The notes beneath the pieces were generated by a model. The model saw nothing but the letters and a program-made list of their open reading frames with translations, was not told the origin of the DNA and did no database searches. DNA of 64,000 bases, taken from Hemiscyllium ocellatum (lineage: Eukaryota). Position numbers and translations under genes: made by a program. The stretch spans positions 15,748,001 to 15,812,000 of the forward strand of contig NC_083417.1 of NCBI RefSeq assembly GCF_020745735.1, read 5' to 3'. Shown here piece by piece: positions 1 through 12,302 of the stretch. The first letter of the stretch is position 1; every line of letters begins with the position of its first letter.

Positions 1-480
1 AAGTTCAGTTTTTGGATAATCTGTGTCACTTGTGAAGAAAATGGGACACTTCCGATGACAATGTCCTTCGCTAAAAGGACCAATAATGCATCCGGAACCT
101 GTAGGGGCTGTGTGTTTGTCAGAAACTTGTTAAATGTATTTATCCCACAGCAGAACACAATGGGGTTTTAAAAAGACTTTTTGTAAGTAAATGGGGGCTG
201 TGTTTATTTAAAAAATGTTAGCAATCTGTTTTTGGTGTGGGCACCCTTTTTCTTACTGAAGATTATCTAAATGTTCTATAAACTACCAGGTAATTCTGAT
301 CTGTGTGATGACTAACTCGTGCAAGACAGAAACCCTACACAAACTGTCTACTGCTTTTGTAATTAGTGTATGAACACTTTTTCTGGGTGCCTTAGAAGTT
401 GTATTTTTCATGTGTGTTAATATATTTATATATTGTGGAAAAGCTGCTCCCAATAAAATGATTTAAATTCATCAGTTGCC
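1..480 (+). other. Possible terminal part of a 3' UTR with poly(A) signal AATAAA at 452-457
   Basis: Non-repetitive AT/U-rich sequence with TGTATTTAT/ATTTA-type motifs, AATAAA at 452-457 and GT/T-rich sequence downstream; no ORF or splice evidence. Confidence 0.3.
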
Positions 481-679
481 TGCTGTTCTACCTGATGTTG
501 GGACTGTTATTCCGAGTCATTTGGTCAGTTTTAACATTTCATTTTGTCCAGTTACTTGGTCACATCCAGGGTATATTTAGAAATGTGGAAGCAAGGGGCA
601 GGAGGTGGTTATTCAGTCCCTCAAGTCTGCTGTGCCATTTAATGAGATCATGGTGATTGTAACCTCAAATCCACAGTCT

Positions 680-909
680 TGTTTGAAGTAACTCTACAAA
701 GGCCAGCATTCCGTCTCCAAGCCACCCTTTATTTATACGTGCAGAGTACGTGACTCTGGCCAGTTAGCTCAGAGCCAGCTCCCAGGATATCTGACACTCC
801 TGTTTATATCTGTCAGCCAGGGCTACCTGATTTGACCAGATTAACAGCCACAATCAGGGAACTCATATTTTATGAGGTCCACCTTGCTGACCTCATTAGA
901 ACCACTCCA
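680..909 (-). mobile_element. Probable short solo LTR
   Basis: TG...CA ends, reverse AATAAA (tttatt ~728) and reverse TATA-like tttatat (~804); interrupts CR1; TSD not clean. Confidence 0.45.
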
Positions 910-1015
910 TCATCCAACCCCAAGAACCCTTGCCAATCAAGAATCCATTCATCTCTGCTTTAAAAATATTCACAAACTCTGCTTCCACTATCTTTTCAGG
1001 AAGAGAGGTCCAGAG

Positions 1016-2317
1016 TGTGGGTTGTCTGTACTTTCAACACTTTGACTCGTTTATGAATTAAAAACACTTTCCCCAAGTGCTCTTCTCAATGAAGCAGGTC
1101 ATAGAATTCAGTATGCGGTTCAGTTTGGTTTTTATTTAACAAAATGTTCCTTAGTAAAAACACCATTTCCTAAATTCCCACCATAATTATTCTCTATCTC
1201 GCTTTATCCATCTGAGGAAGGATATTATCCAAAATGTTCCATATATTTGAACAGGATCATTGTAATCTCCATCCTCTCCAGCATAGGACTGGCTCTCTTC
1301 CTCATAGTTGAGACTCTCGGGTCAGGGCGGATCTTCTCCTGGGTATTCTTGGGTTGCCAATATGGTCTTCTGCCATGAGTCTTGCTTTGAGACTTCGCTG
1401 AGGGGGGCGGGGGGGCCTTCCAGATGTGTGTTTCTATTCCCATCAGCCCGGACCTTATGGAATGTTCTGTGGCCTCTGGTCAGTAGGGTAGTGAGTGGGG
1501 TTAAAAGCATCCAATGGGAATACACCAACACCCTTCAATGTTGACGTGCAGGGAAATCTAAAGTACATGACCTCAGGCACTGGCTGGAAATCATGGTGCT
1601 AGGAAGTCTCCAATAGAAACCTTTCCAATGCACAACCTCAGGTGGTTGTGCTACCTACTATAGGAAGGATGTGGAGGCACTGGAACGGGTGCAGAGGAGG
1701 TTTACCAGGATGTTGCCTGGTATGGTAGGAAGATCGTATGAGGAAAGGCTGAGGCACTTGGGGCTGTTTTCATTGGAGAAAAGAAGGTTTAGGGGTGACT
1801 TGATAGAGGTGTACAAGATGATTAGGGGTTTAGATAGAGTTGACCATGAGAACCTTTTTCCACGTATGGAGTCAGCTATTACGAGGGGGCATAGCTTTAA
1901 ATTAAGGGGTGGTAGGTATAGGACAGATGTTAGGGGTAGATTCTTTACTCAGCGAGTCGTGAGTTCATGGAATGCCCTGCCAGTAACAGTGGTGGACTCT
2001 CCCTCTTTATGGGCATTTAAACGGGCATTGGGTAGGCATATGGAGGAAAGTGGGCTAGTGTAGGTTAGGTGGGCTTGGATCGGCACAACATCGAGGGCCG
2101 AAGGGCCTGTACTGCGCTGTATTTTCTATGTTCTATGTTATAACTGGTTCCCCTTGAACTTTTGTGATCTCTTTGATCTTGGTTTCCATTGTTCTCTGTG
2201 GCCAATAGCCTCTGGCTGCTGTTTGATTTAATTTGGCCAATCTTCCGTCAGGCCCAGTTTCCCCAGCTGTGAGTCAGTTTAGAATGTCCAATTTTCAGCC
2301 TACAGTTGCTTGCCACA
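1016..2317 (-). mobile_element. Probable solo LTR (~820 bp without nested CR1)
   Basis: TGTGG...CCACA terminal inverted ends, interrupts colinear CR1, reverse AATAAA near 1131; flanks agag/aagg give only an imperfect 4-bp TSD. Confidence 0.55.
1654..2138 (+). mobile_element. Young 5'-truncated CR1/HER1-type LINE 3' end
   Basis: ORF 1671-2063 (ALERVQRRFTRMLPGM...RGHSFKL...FFTQRVVSSWNALP) is the CR1 ORF2 C-terminus; ends in (TTCTATG)n tail. Confidence 0.92.
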
Positions 2318-2887
2318 AAGGCTCACAACCCACTGAGAGAAAAAAAATCATCTCATGTATGTCTTAAATGGGTAACCTCTGATTTTTAAAACATGACCCC
2401 TAATTCTTGATTCATTCATAAGAGAAGACTTCTCTCCACACCTCCCCTGTCAATACCCTTCAGAATCATATATGATTCCATCAAATTACTGCCTTCTCTT
2501 TTAAACTCCAGTGGATAACAAGCGTAGGTAAAAACATTGACTGCAGATGCTGGAAACCAGATTCTGGATTAGTGGTGCTGGAAAAGCACAGCAGTTCAGG
2601 CAGCATCTGAGGAGCAGAAAAATCGATGTTGCGGGCAAAAGCCCTTCAGGAATACAGGCAGAGTGCCTGCAGGGTGGAGAGATAAATGAGAGGAGGTGGG
2701 GGGGGGGAGAAAGTAGCATAGAGTACAATAGATGAGTAGGGGAGGGGATGAAGATGATAGGTCAGGGAGGAGGGTGGGGGAAGGTAGCATTGATTACAAT
2801 GGTTGAATGGGGTTGGGGATGAAGGTGATGGGGGCGGGGGGAAGGTGGAGTGGATAGGTGGAAAAGAAGATAGGCAGGTAGGACAAG

Positions 2888-3481
2888 TCATGAGGACAGT
2901 GCTGAGCTGGAAGTTTGGAACTGGGGTGAGGTGGGGGAAGGGGAAATGAGGAAGCTGTTGAAGTCCACATTGATGCCTTGGGGTTGAAGTGTTCCGAGGC
3001 GGAAGATGAGGCGTTCTTCCTCCAGGCGTCGGGTAGTGAGGGAGCAGCAGTGAAGGAGGCCCAGGACCTCCATGTACTCAGCAGAGTGGGAGGGGGAGTT
3101 GAAATGTTGGGCCACAGGGCAGTGTGGTTGATTGGTGCGGGTGTCCCAGAGTTGTTCCCTAAAGTGCTCTGCTAGGAGGCATCCAGTCTTCCCAACGTAG
3201 AGGAGACCGCATCGGGAGCAACAGATACAATAAATGATATTGGTGGATGTGCGGGTAAAACTTTGATGGATGTGGAAGACTCCTTTGGGGCCTTGGATGG
3301 AGGTGAGGGAGGAGGTGTGGGCGCAGGTTTTGTAATTCCTGCGGTGGCAGGGGAAGGTGCCAGGATGGGAGGGTGGGTTGTTGGGGGGCGTGGACCTAAC
3401 CAGGTAGTCACGGAGGGAGCGGTCTTTGTGGAAGACGGAAAGGGGTGGGGAGGGAAATATATCCCTGGTGGTGGGGTCCAT
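2888..3481 (-). pseudogene. Penelope linker + GIY-YIG endonuclease domain (fragment)
   Basis: NIIYCICC..CG..YVG.TG ... HFNSPSHS ... RRLEEERLIFRLGTLQPQGINVD. Confidence 0.88.
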
Positions 3482-3667
3482 TTGGAGATGGCGGAAATGT
3501 CAGCGGATGATTTGGTTTATACGAAGGTTGGTAGGGTGGAAGGTGAGTACCGGGGGGTTCTGTCCTTGTTACGGTTGGAGGGGTGGGGCCTGAGGGCGAA
3601 GGTGCAGGATGTGGATGAGATGCGTTGGAGGGCATCTTTGACCACGTGGGAAGGGAAATTGCGGTCT

Positions 3668-4303
3668 CTAAAGAAGGAGGCCATCTGGTGTGTTCTGTGG
3701 TGGAACTGGTCCTCCTGAGAGCAGATATGGCGGAGGTGGAGGAATTGGGAATACGGAATGGCATTTTTTGCAAGAGATAGGGTGGGAAGAGGTGTAATCC
3801 AGGTAGCTGTGGGAGTCGGTGAGAGTGTAAAAAATGTCAGTGTCAAGTTGGTCGTCTGTAATGGAGATGGAGAGGTCCAGGAAGGGGAGGGAGGTGTCAG
3901 AGATGGTCCAGGCAAATTTAAGGTCAGGGTAGAATGTGTTGGTGAAGTTGATGAATTGCTCAACCTCCTCGCGGGAGCACAAGGTGGTGCCAATGCAGTC
4001 ATCAATGTAGCGGAGGACGAGGTGGGCAGTGGTGCTGGTGTAATTACGGCAGATCAACTGTTCTATGTAGCCAACAAAGAGACAGGCATAGATGGGGCCC
4101 ATACGGGTGCCCATGGCTACCCCTTTGGTCAGGAGGAAGTGGGAGGATTCAAAGGAAAAATTGTTAAGAGTGAGGACCAGTTCAGCCAAACGAATGGGCG
4201 TGTTGGTGGAAGGGCACTGTTGGGGACGCCGGGAGAGGAAGAAACAGAGAGCTTGGAGGCCCTGGTCATGGTGGATGGAGGTGTAGAGGGATTGGATATC
4301 CAT
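3668..4303 (-). pseudogene. Penelope reverse transcriptase core (fragment)
   Basis: MDIQSLYTSI, NNFSF, GVAMGTRMGP, RYIDD, FTNTFYPDLKF, LPFLDL motifs. Confidence 0.9.
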
Positions 4304-5342
4304 GGTGAAGATGAGGCATCGAGGGCCGGGGAAACGGAAGTCTTGGAGGAGGTGGAGGGCATGGGTGGTGTCTCGAATGTATGTGGGGAGTTCCTGGACT
4401 AGGGGGGATAGACAGTGTCGAGGTAGGCAGAGATGAGTTCAGCGGGGCAGGAGCATGCTGAGACAATGGGTCGGCCAGGGTGGTCAGGCTTGTGGATCTT
4501 GGTAAGGAGGTAGAACTGGGCAGTGCGAGGTTCCCGGACTATGAGGTTGGAAGCTGTGTGTGGGAGATCTCCTGAGGTGATGAGGTTCTGTATAGTCTGG
4601 GAGATGATGGGGGGTGGCGTCATGGTTGAGGGAGCGGTAGGAGGAGGTGTCCTCGAGTTGGCGTCTGGCTTCAGCGGTGTAGAGGTCAATGCGCCAGACT
4701 ACCACTGCACCCCCTTTATCTGCTGGTTTGATGGTGAGGTTGGGATTGGAGCAGAGGGAGTGGAGGGCAGCGCGTTGTGAGGGTGAGAGGTTGGAGTGGG
4801 GGAGGGGGGTAAACAGGTTCAGGTGATTAATGTTCCAGCGGCAGTTGGAAATGAAGAGGTCGAGGGCCAGCAATAGGACAGCACGGGGTGTCCAGGTGGA
4901 TGCAGTGTGCTGGAGGCGGGCAAAGGCGTCCTCGGAAGGTGGGCGGGAGTCCTGATTGTGAAAGTAAGCTCGGAGGCGACGGAAGAAGTGTTCGACGTCA
5001 CGGCGTGTATTAAATTCATTGATGCATGAGCGGAGGGGGATGAAGGTGAGTGCAGAGGACTGATCGTTCACCCTCAGTGAGGGGGAGGTCTGGAGGGATG
5101 GTGAAAACTCGGCAGGGCTGGGGGCTGAGATCTGGTGTAGATGTGGAACTGCGAGTGGGGGCGGAGCCTGTAACGAGTGGGTGTGGTGTTGGGGGGAATG
5201 GGGGTGGAGTCATGAGCAGGGGTGGTGTTCCCCTCAAGGTTCTGGGGGGCGGGGTGGTGACAGTGAGATCTGTAGGGGGCATGTCAGTAGAATGCAGGTG
5301 AGTGACATTGGTAGGGGCATAGCCTTTTTAACATTTCCTCAT

Positions 5343-5517
5343 CAGAAAAGGAACTGGTGGAGGCTGACACAATTGCAACATTTAAAAGTCATCTGGATGG
5401 GTATATGAATAGGAAAAATTTAGAGGGATATGGGCGAAGTGCTGGCAAAAGGAACTAGATTAGGTTAGGTCAGCAAGGACGAGTTGGAGTGAAAGGTGCT
5501 GTACATCTCTATGACTT
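5343..5517 (+). mobile_element. CR1 3' end fragment
   Basis: gtggaggctgacacaattgcaacatttaaaag...ctgtacatctctatgact; same 3' UTR type as 17517-18387 and 59616-60285. Confidence 0.8.
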
Positions 5518-5857
5518 TAAGACAACCTGTCCATTCCAAGTATTAGCTGGTACATCTCTGAACTGCCTCCAATACATTTATTACTTTACTTAAATAAGAT
5601 GACCAGTACTGTACACAATGCTCCGAAAGTGGTCTCAGTAGTGCCCCATATAACTGAAATAAAACCTGCCATTTTTGTATTCAGTTCCCCTCTACTTACT
5701 TGGTAGACCAGTATACTAGCATACCCAGATCTCACTGCATCTTAGAACTCTACAGTCTCTCTCCACTGAGGCAATATGCTTCTTTTTTATTCTTCATACC
5801 AAAATGGACAATCTTGCATCATCGCACGTTATGCTCATTTACCAGATGTGTGCCCAC

Positions 5858-6519
5858 TGTTGTAAACTAGGCCAAACCCCCTCAAAACATGTCAAGAAGG
5901 TAGCCCAGACCTTAACGTTTTTCGTTGTTTTCAGCAGATGTAAGGTGGATCTTCCAGGAGTGATGCAGCTAGTAAAACCACTTGGCTTTATGTCAAACGG
6001 AATTTACTTCTACACAACCAAATGAAATGCTAGCCAAAGAAGACAGAATTTTGAATAACATACATTTGAAAACCCATATATATGATATCCCCGCAAGTTA
6101 ACAAAGGAACTGTCTCAATTTCCTGCAACATCCCAATAACTACGCCCCTTGGCAGAAAAGGTAAGTTCAAACACAATTTCTTACAGGAGAGGTGTTAGAG
6201 AGAGTCAGCCAGAAACGTCTGTTGAATCAGGGAACCTTTTTTATCAGCAGCTTTCTTTCACCAGCAGCTTTGAACAGACTGCTTGCTAAAACCCCAAACC
6301 AAACCAGAAAAAGGTCCCTGAACTGAGAGCACAGGCCACTCCCATTGTACAAGTATTTTGTTTAAACAACCTAAAATCCTTTTCCCTAATTGATGCCTTA
6401 GGCAATATCTGTTACCCATTAACAAAGTCCTTAATCCCAGACAAATCGGAACCTCTGCCTTTTACAAACCCTCTTGGAAAAAAAACAACATACCCTGTTA
6501 AAGGAGCAGTATAATCACA
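5858..6519. mobile_element. Solo LTR, 662 bp
   Basis: TGT...ACA ends with perfect 4-bp TSD CCAC (5854-5857, 6520-6523) in a colinear CR1; related to 54582-54860. Confidence 0.8.
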
Positions 6520-6591
6520 CCACTCACAACCCATCCTTTTGTAGCCTCCTTATGTCCTGTTCACAACTTGTGTTATTATGTTTGTGTCAAC

Positions 6592-6774
6592 GTGGGTTGA
6601 GACTGTGGTGCTGGAAAAGCACAGCAGGTCAGGCAGCATCCGAGGAGCAGGAGAATCGACGTTTCGGGCATAAGCCCTTCATCAGGAAATTTTGGATGCT
6701 GCCTGACTTGCTGTGCTTTTCGAACACCACACTCTTGACTCTGATCTCCAGCATCTGCAGTCCTCACTTTCTCC
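6592..6774. mobile_element. Penelope pLTR-derived fold-back element (family 1) carrying a hammerhead motif
   Basis: Inverted arms (gtggtgctggaaaagcacagcaggtcaggcagcatcc / ggatgctgcctgacttgctgtgcttttcgaacaccac); TCAAC duplicated at 6587-6591 and 6775-6779; homologous to 2528-2655. Confidence 0.85.
6653..6690 (-). ncRNA. Minimal type-I hammerhead ribozyme motif
   Basis: Minus strand CTGATGA-A-GGGC-TTAT-GCCC-GAAAC-GTC; intact core, weak stem I. Confidence 0.7.
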
Positions 6775-6877
6775 TCAACAGTATCTGTAGCAACAATATC
6801 TTTGGTCCTTCATCCAAATCATATATGTAAATTATGAAGAGTTGAGTTCCCAGCACTGATCCGTGTGGCACTACATT

Positions 6878-7032
6878 TTTAGTTTGAGCACATGGTCAGT
6901 GTGGATTAGTTGAACCAAAGGGTCTGCTTCATTACTGTATGACTCTATGATTCTACACTTAAAATCCAACATTATGTCTTAAATACACAGATTAGACAAG
7001 CAGGAAGCTGGAAGAACACAGCAAGCCAGGCA
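6878..7032 (+). repeat. Dispersed duplicate of 7699-7851
   Basis: Colinear match across a CR1 tail/unique/Penelope-repeat junction. Confidence 0.85.
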
Positions 7033-7504
7033 AACCAGAAAAAGATCTGTTTATGTCTCGTCTTGGTTTCCTGTTATCCATTAACTGCCAATATTTTATC
7101 CTCTAGTCTTTGAGCTTTAAGCTTTTACAATAACTCCTAAGAAGAGCACCAATTCATCCATAGCTCATGTTGCTTGTTCAATGGACTCCAGTAGATTGTT
7201 TCAACATGAGTTCCTTAATGCAGAGAATGGGATTTCCAAATTGGACAACCTTTCAATTCAACAAAGGTAAGATTTGATGCAGTGTAATTCTTGCAGTGGG
7301 TGTCAGTGGCAAACTTTGTAACTGTTGGTTGGATTTTGTGATTGGAAACAAGGCTCAAAAGCTCACTTCTGACCTCAAAGGATAACATGCTGAATGATAT
7401 ATATGTGGCATGACTTTGCCTTTTCCAAGAACTGTTCCAAGCGCCAAGAGGAACTGTGATCTTGGCAAGCAAATAGCAGCCAATTAAATTTATGTATTTT
7501 CATT

Positions 7505-7775
7505 GAGGTTAAAAGGCCTTTTAAGGTGAGAGGAGAAAGATTTAAAAAGGACATGAGGGGCAACTTCTTTACAGAGAATAGTTAGCATGTGGAATGAACT
7601 GGTGGATGCAGATACAGTTACAACGTTTAAAAGATATTTGGATAAGTTCATGAATAAACAAGTTTTGGAGGAATATGGGACGAACCAGGTGGGACTAGTT
7701 TAGTTTGAGCACATGGTCGGCGTGGACTAGTTGGACTGAAGGGTCTGTTTCCTTGCTATATGTCTATGATTCTAC
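7505..7775 (+). mobile_element. CR1 3' end fragment
   Basis: tttaaggtgagaggagaaagatttaaaaaggacatgaggggcaacttctttacagaga...ctatgattcta tail. Confidence 0.8.
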
Positions 7776-7808
7776 ACTTAAAATCCAACAATATCTCTTA
7801 AATATGCA

Positions 7809-8004
7809 GATTAAACGAGCAGGGGGCTGGAAGAACACAGCAAGACAGGCAGCATCAGGAGGTGGAGAAGTCAACGTTTTAGGCTTAACCCTTCGTCGGG
7901 ACTACGTTGACCTTTCTACCTCCTGATGCTGCCTGGCTGGCTGTGTTCTTCCAGCCTCCTGCTGTTCTACCTTGGAATCCAGTACGTGCAGTTTTTTTTG
8001 GTCT
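7809..8004. mobile_element. Penelope pLTR-derived fold-back element (family 1 variant), degenerate hammerhead
   Basis: Inverted arms gctggaagaacacagcaagacaggcagcatcaggagg / cctcctgatgctgcctggctggctgtgttcttccagc; TSD-like TTAAATATGCA/TTAAACGTGCA. Confidence 0.75.
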
Positions 8005-8764
8005 TTAAACGTGCAAAAAGCAAAATAAACATATGATTATATGAAGCTAGAAATGAAAATCAAGACTGATTAAAAAAGATTTTTTTTCCTTTTGTCACTG
8101 AAAAGTCTGACATTCCACGAATTGACAATGAGATTTTCACTGACAATGAAGGTGTTCGGCTGTAATTTTTAAAAATTAATTCATGGAAACTGCACATCAC
8201 TGATTTGGCAAACATTTCATGCCTATCCCTAGTTGCCCTGAAGAAGGTGGGTTGAGCTACTGTTAGGGAGGGAATCCAAGGATTGTAATGATGAAGTTAC
8301 TACTCAGTTAAAAGCCAGTTATACCACATTAAACAAGGAGCTAACTTTCCCCAGGTTACCATGCTTGACAATAGAGCAATGGTGGCTCTCGATGTGATAG
8401 AGTTTGACATCTGTGGCAACTAACACAGCAGCCCCAGTAGAGAGCAATATATTGTGCACTCACTGAGTGCAGTTTCTGAATTTCCATCTCATTCTGCATG
8501 GGCAGATTATTAAAGAAGCCTAAATGATATGGACTATGTTGAGAAATGTGGTAGATCACAAGGTAAGTCCAGCAAAGACTATCTCAATATCAGAAGTAAC
8601 TCGAGGCACCTGTTAACATTTTGAACCTCTTTTTGAGCATCGAGGCAGCTGTGAGGGGGGATTATTGCCTGTTAATGACCTTCTTAATATCATGTTCTGC
8701 CTCATGATATGCCACTTCCTGTCCCATCACTTATCCAAGTAAAGTAGGCACTAAGTGTTCTCTA

Positions 8765-8910
8765 GGAGAAAGTGATGACTGCAGATGCTGGGGATCAGAG
8801 CTTAAAAATGTGTTGCTGGAAAAGCGCAGCAGGTCAGGCAGCATCAAAGGAGAAGGAGAATCGACGTTTCGGGCATAAGCCCTTCTTCAGGAATTCCAGG
8901 AATTCCAGGT
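8765..8910 (-). mobile_element. Penelope pLTR-derived short element (family 1), single arm
   Basis: Perfect 11-bp TSD AGTGTTCTCTA (8754-8764, 8911-8921). Confidence 0.88.
8858..8896 (-). ncRNA. Minimal type-I hammerhead ribozyme motif
   Basis: Minus strand gaattc-CTGAAGA-A-GGGC-TTAT-GCCC-GAAAC-GTC-gattc. Confidence 0.72.
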
Positions 8911-9486
8911 AGTGTTCTCTACCTGAAGATCACAGCAGGTACTTGGAGAGTTCAGCTCACTACTGGCCCACCATGCTTCAGTACCAGTTGGATGCACCTC
9001 TCATCCATGGCCTAAGAATCCTCGCAGCACCTCGCCCACCCATTTACAGAACACTTTCAAAGTTGAGACCCACCTTTCAGGTCGCACTGATAAATAGCAT
9101 TGAAAGGCACTACAGGGACAGTTCACAGTTTGGGCCAGGCTGCTCACTTGGTCTCTTCGTGTTCACTCACTTAGCACGTTCACAGTACCTGTGCTTCTAT
9201 TCCACACCGGCTAGTACACTCACCAGGCAGCCTTCTCTGCTGCTCATCACTCCCAGCTGTATAGTGTCCTGCTACGTCAATCCTCACACTGCACAATGTG
9301 CCAAGAGCCTACACAGCAACCACACTGCACGGGCAGCAAGTGGGCATCCAGCTCTCTAAATCTAATGGGAGCAGTCCTCACGTTAGAGGCACCCGCTGGT
9401 CAGGGGTCCTAATACAGTCAGTGCAGGGCATCTCCCATACCAGTCCAGGGACTGGCTACCAGACAGGATCTTCTTGGTCAGGGGTT

Positions 9487-9509
9487 GGGGGGGGGGGGGG
9501 GGGGGGGGG
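9487..9509 (+). repeat. Poly-G tract (23 nt)
   Basis: Direct reading. Confidence 0.9.
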
Positions 9510-9725
9510 CGTGGTTCTGTGCCTCTGCAGTCCGGGAGAAAACTACAACCATCCTGTGGCTCCATAGCAGCCAGTTCCGGGGTAGGGAGAATATAGTGAC
9601 ATGGACAGATATCAGTCAGCACTCTGGACACTTCTCCAGGGTTGTCTGGTAAGGTCACTCAACAGGGCAGGCCGCAGTCATGCCATCAGGTCAGTCCATA
9701 CAGGAAATGGGGTGTTGGTATTTCA

Positions 9726-10494
9726 GATGCCGAACTGCCCTCTGGGTAATTAGGGACAGGCAATAAATGCTGGTCTAGCCAGTGACACCCACGTAGCATG
9801 AATGAATAAAAACAAATAGAAGATGAGCCAACCAGTGTTTAGAAGTGGTGTGTAATGAATGATACTGAGAGAGGGGCGACTGTGACAACTGTGGAATGAA
9901 GAAGTATACTTTATTTTATTATTTACTCATAGTAATTCATTACTCACTGGCTGGACAGTAATTATTGTCTGTCCCTAGTTGCCTTTGAGAAGGTAGAGGA
10001 GCTTCTTGAACCAGTGCAGTCCATGTGCTGTGTGTTGACCCACCATGTCGTTGGGGAGAGAATTCTAGGATTTTGACAAAATAATAGTGAAAGAACAGCG
10101 ATGTATTTCCAAGTCAGGATGGCTTGGAGAGAACTTGCAGGTGGTGGTGTCCCCAAGTATCTGCTACCCTTGTCCTTCTAGATAGAATTGGACTTGGGTT
10201 TGGAAGGTGATGTCTGAGGATCTTTGGTGAATTTCCGCAGTTCATCCTGTCGATGGTACACATTGTTGTTGCTGAGTGTTGGTGGTGGAGGGAGTGTATG
10301 TTTGTGGACGTACTGCCAATCAAGCAGGGGTGGCTTTGTCTCGGATGGTGCCCAGCTTCAAGTGGTGTTGGGACTGCACTCATCCCGGCAAGTGGAGAGT
10401 ACTGTATTCCATCACGCTGCTGAATTGTGCCTTGTAGATGACAGGCTTTGGAGAGTCAGCAGGTGAGTTACTCGCCATAGAATTTCTATCTATA
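9726..10494 (+). repeat. Local segmental duplicate of 12777-13554 (SINE tail + unique spacer + reverse LINE 3' end)
   Basis: Long colinear match including the non-repeat spacer (aaacaaatagaagatgagcc...tttattttattatttactcatagtaattcattactcac) and a shared end gaatttctatctata. Confidence 0.92.
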
Positions 10495-12302
10495 TCAGGG
10501 GTGGGGGAGGGGATCACTGCCATTGGAAGAAGACTCGGGAACGTATTTGCGGGGATTGGAGTCCCTTGGGGACAGGGTGAAAAAGCTTTAAGGAGGAGTA
10601 CAGGGAAGCATGGATGGGAACAAAGTAATGGAGAAAGGAGAGGGAATGTGTTCATGATCAGAAGTGCCCTAGCTTCAGGTGGATGGTGGGGTGTGGGAGA
10701 TGGGGAAAGTGTATGGTTATATCTGCATGGTCACCTCATGGACCAGGGAGCTGGGGGCAGTAACAGGTGGGCAGCTGTAAGTGCACATAGATGGGCAAGA
10801 TGGCACCTGGGAGGACTGAGGCCTATGGACTTTATGGGATGGGTTTCTAGGAAGTGGATCTGCATGTGGAGGTGGAGGCTGAAATCTCACTGACCAAGCA
10901 ACGCTCAATATCACCTCGCATTGTGCCGGAAATTGAAACTATGTAACGGGGGAGGAAATGGTTGGGACCACACCCAGGATGGGTGATCTGTGAGGGAGGC
11001 AACTGGAAGATGCACCAATGTGTGCCCCCTCAAAGAGTCAACAACATTACAGACAGATTCTGTGTGCTGTGCACTTGCATTTGCCAGATATTGCACTTCA
11101 CCACCTCATTCAGCACCAGCACACACAGGCCAGGGAAAAGATAGGGATGCTTGACCACCAGGGATAGTGGTGCCAGCAGAACTCATGGCCCTGTTTTATA
11201 CATACCCAGGTTCTTAACACAGACATCATTTACGGTGCTTCTTGTATGGACATGATGCTGGCACAGTTACATTCACAGTTACACACAGAGACTCCAACAA
11301 ACAAATGTATTGCAAAAAACAGCCTCATTTATTCAAACAGGAGACTTTAGGTATCGCATGCTGTTGCCCATGCCACATAAATGCCAACAAAAAGTTTTTT
11401 TCTTTCATTCCCAGAGTGAATTCCCAGGGTCTGCAGCTGGGTGGAGTGAGGGGTTCAGCTCAACAGAGCTGCCTGTTGCCCTGGAGATTTTGTTTGGGTG
11501 ATTCAGAGATGTATGTGTCTATACGGCCCACACATACTGAGGGTATTCCTGCCAGGGTCATGAATCCCCTCTTTGGCTTGAACTGCTAGGTATTGGAGTA
11601 GGTGGTAGGCAGAGTGGAGGTGCCGTGCCTGGTAGGGTTTCTCCTCCAGCCTGGGGTCTCCTGGCATATCCTGTCTTATTGTGAGAAAGAGCCACTTGGA
11701 GCAAGTGCCAGGGTCCCCTGGTCCCATGTCGATGTGTCTTTGGTCCTCAGGACCGTTGCTGGGGTGACGGAATGTAGTTGTATGCACCTCGCCAACACCC
11801 CCTGAGGATGCTGGTACTGTCTCTCCATGGCAAACACCAACACCTGTGAGGAAGCAGCCATGCTTCAGGCAGCACTCAGGCAGCCTATAGGCTATGAGGG
11901 CCATTATATCTGTCACTTCTGTCTGTCACTCCTACTCCTCCCCGTGCATTAGAGCGAAACCTATGAATTGCTGACAGCACAGGGTCCTCTTCTACGTGGG
12001 GCTAAGAATGTTTTTCATCTCCAAAAGTTGTCTGAGTGCCAATGGCCTGGAGTGGCTTCTCCTTCAGCCAGCCGCTAAGCTGTTGCAATGAGGTTCTCAC
12101 CAGCTTTTATTCCCACACAGTCTCCAAGCTTACACTTCCCACCAAGCTGTCAATACCTGAGCTGGTGTGGGATGCAGGAGGCATCATTGCCCATGCTTCC
12201 TCTTAGGGTGAGGAAGTGTCTTCTATTAGAGCAGCCTGTTCCATCATCAACGTGGCGGACATTGTGCAGGAATCTACAAGACACAAGAGAGAAGGGGAGG
12301 CA

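Larger units (their letters stand above)
2528..5316 (-). mobile_element. Penelope-like retroelement (Neptune-type), 5'-truncated and frameshifted, with 3' pseudo-LTR at ~2528-2700
   Basis: RT motifs [47 protein letters not shown]; Cys-rich linker FPCHRRN.KTC; GIY-YIG NIIYCICCSRCGLLYVGKTG; flanks GCGTAG (2522-2527)/GCATAG (5317-5322) look like a CpG-decayed TSD. Confidence 0.92.
590..7135 (-). mobile_element. Old CR1-type LINE (3' UTR + ORF2 C-terminal part), split into pieces at ~590-679, 910-1015, 2318-2527, 5317-5342, 5518-5857, 6520-6591, 6775-6877, 7033-7135 by nested insertions
   Basis: The pieces read as colinear reverse-complement CR1 3' sequence (e.g. ...ggaagagaggtccagag | aaggctcacaacccactgagag...; ...gtgcccac | tcacaacccatcc...) once the insertions are removed. 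Confidence 0.75.

Noticed and set aside
55-110. SECIS-like ATGA...AAA
   Set aside because: Spacing and helix II pairing do not give the GA quartet; a different hairpin forms.
3263-4402. Long plus-strand ORFs (151 and 214 aa)
   Set aside because: Antisense shadows of the Penelope ORF.
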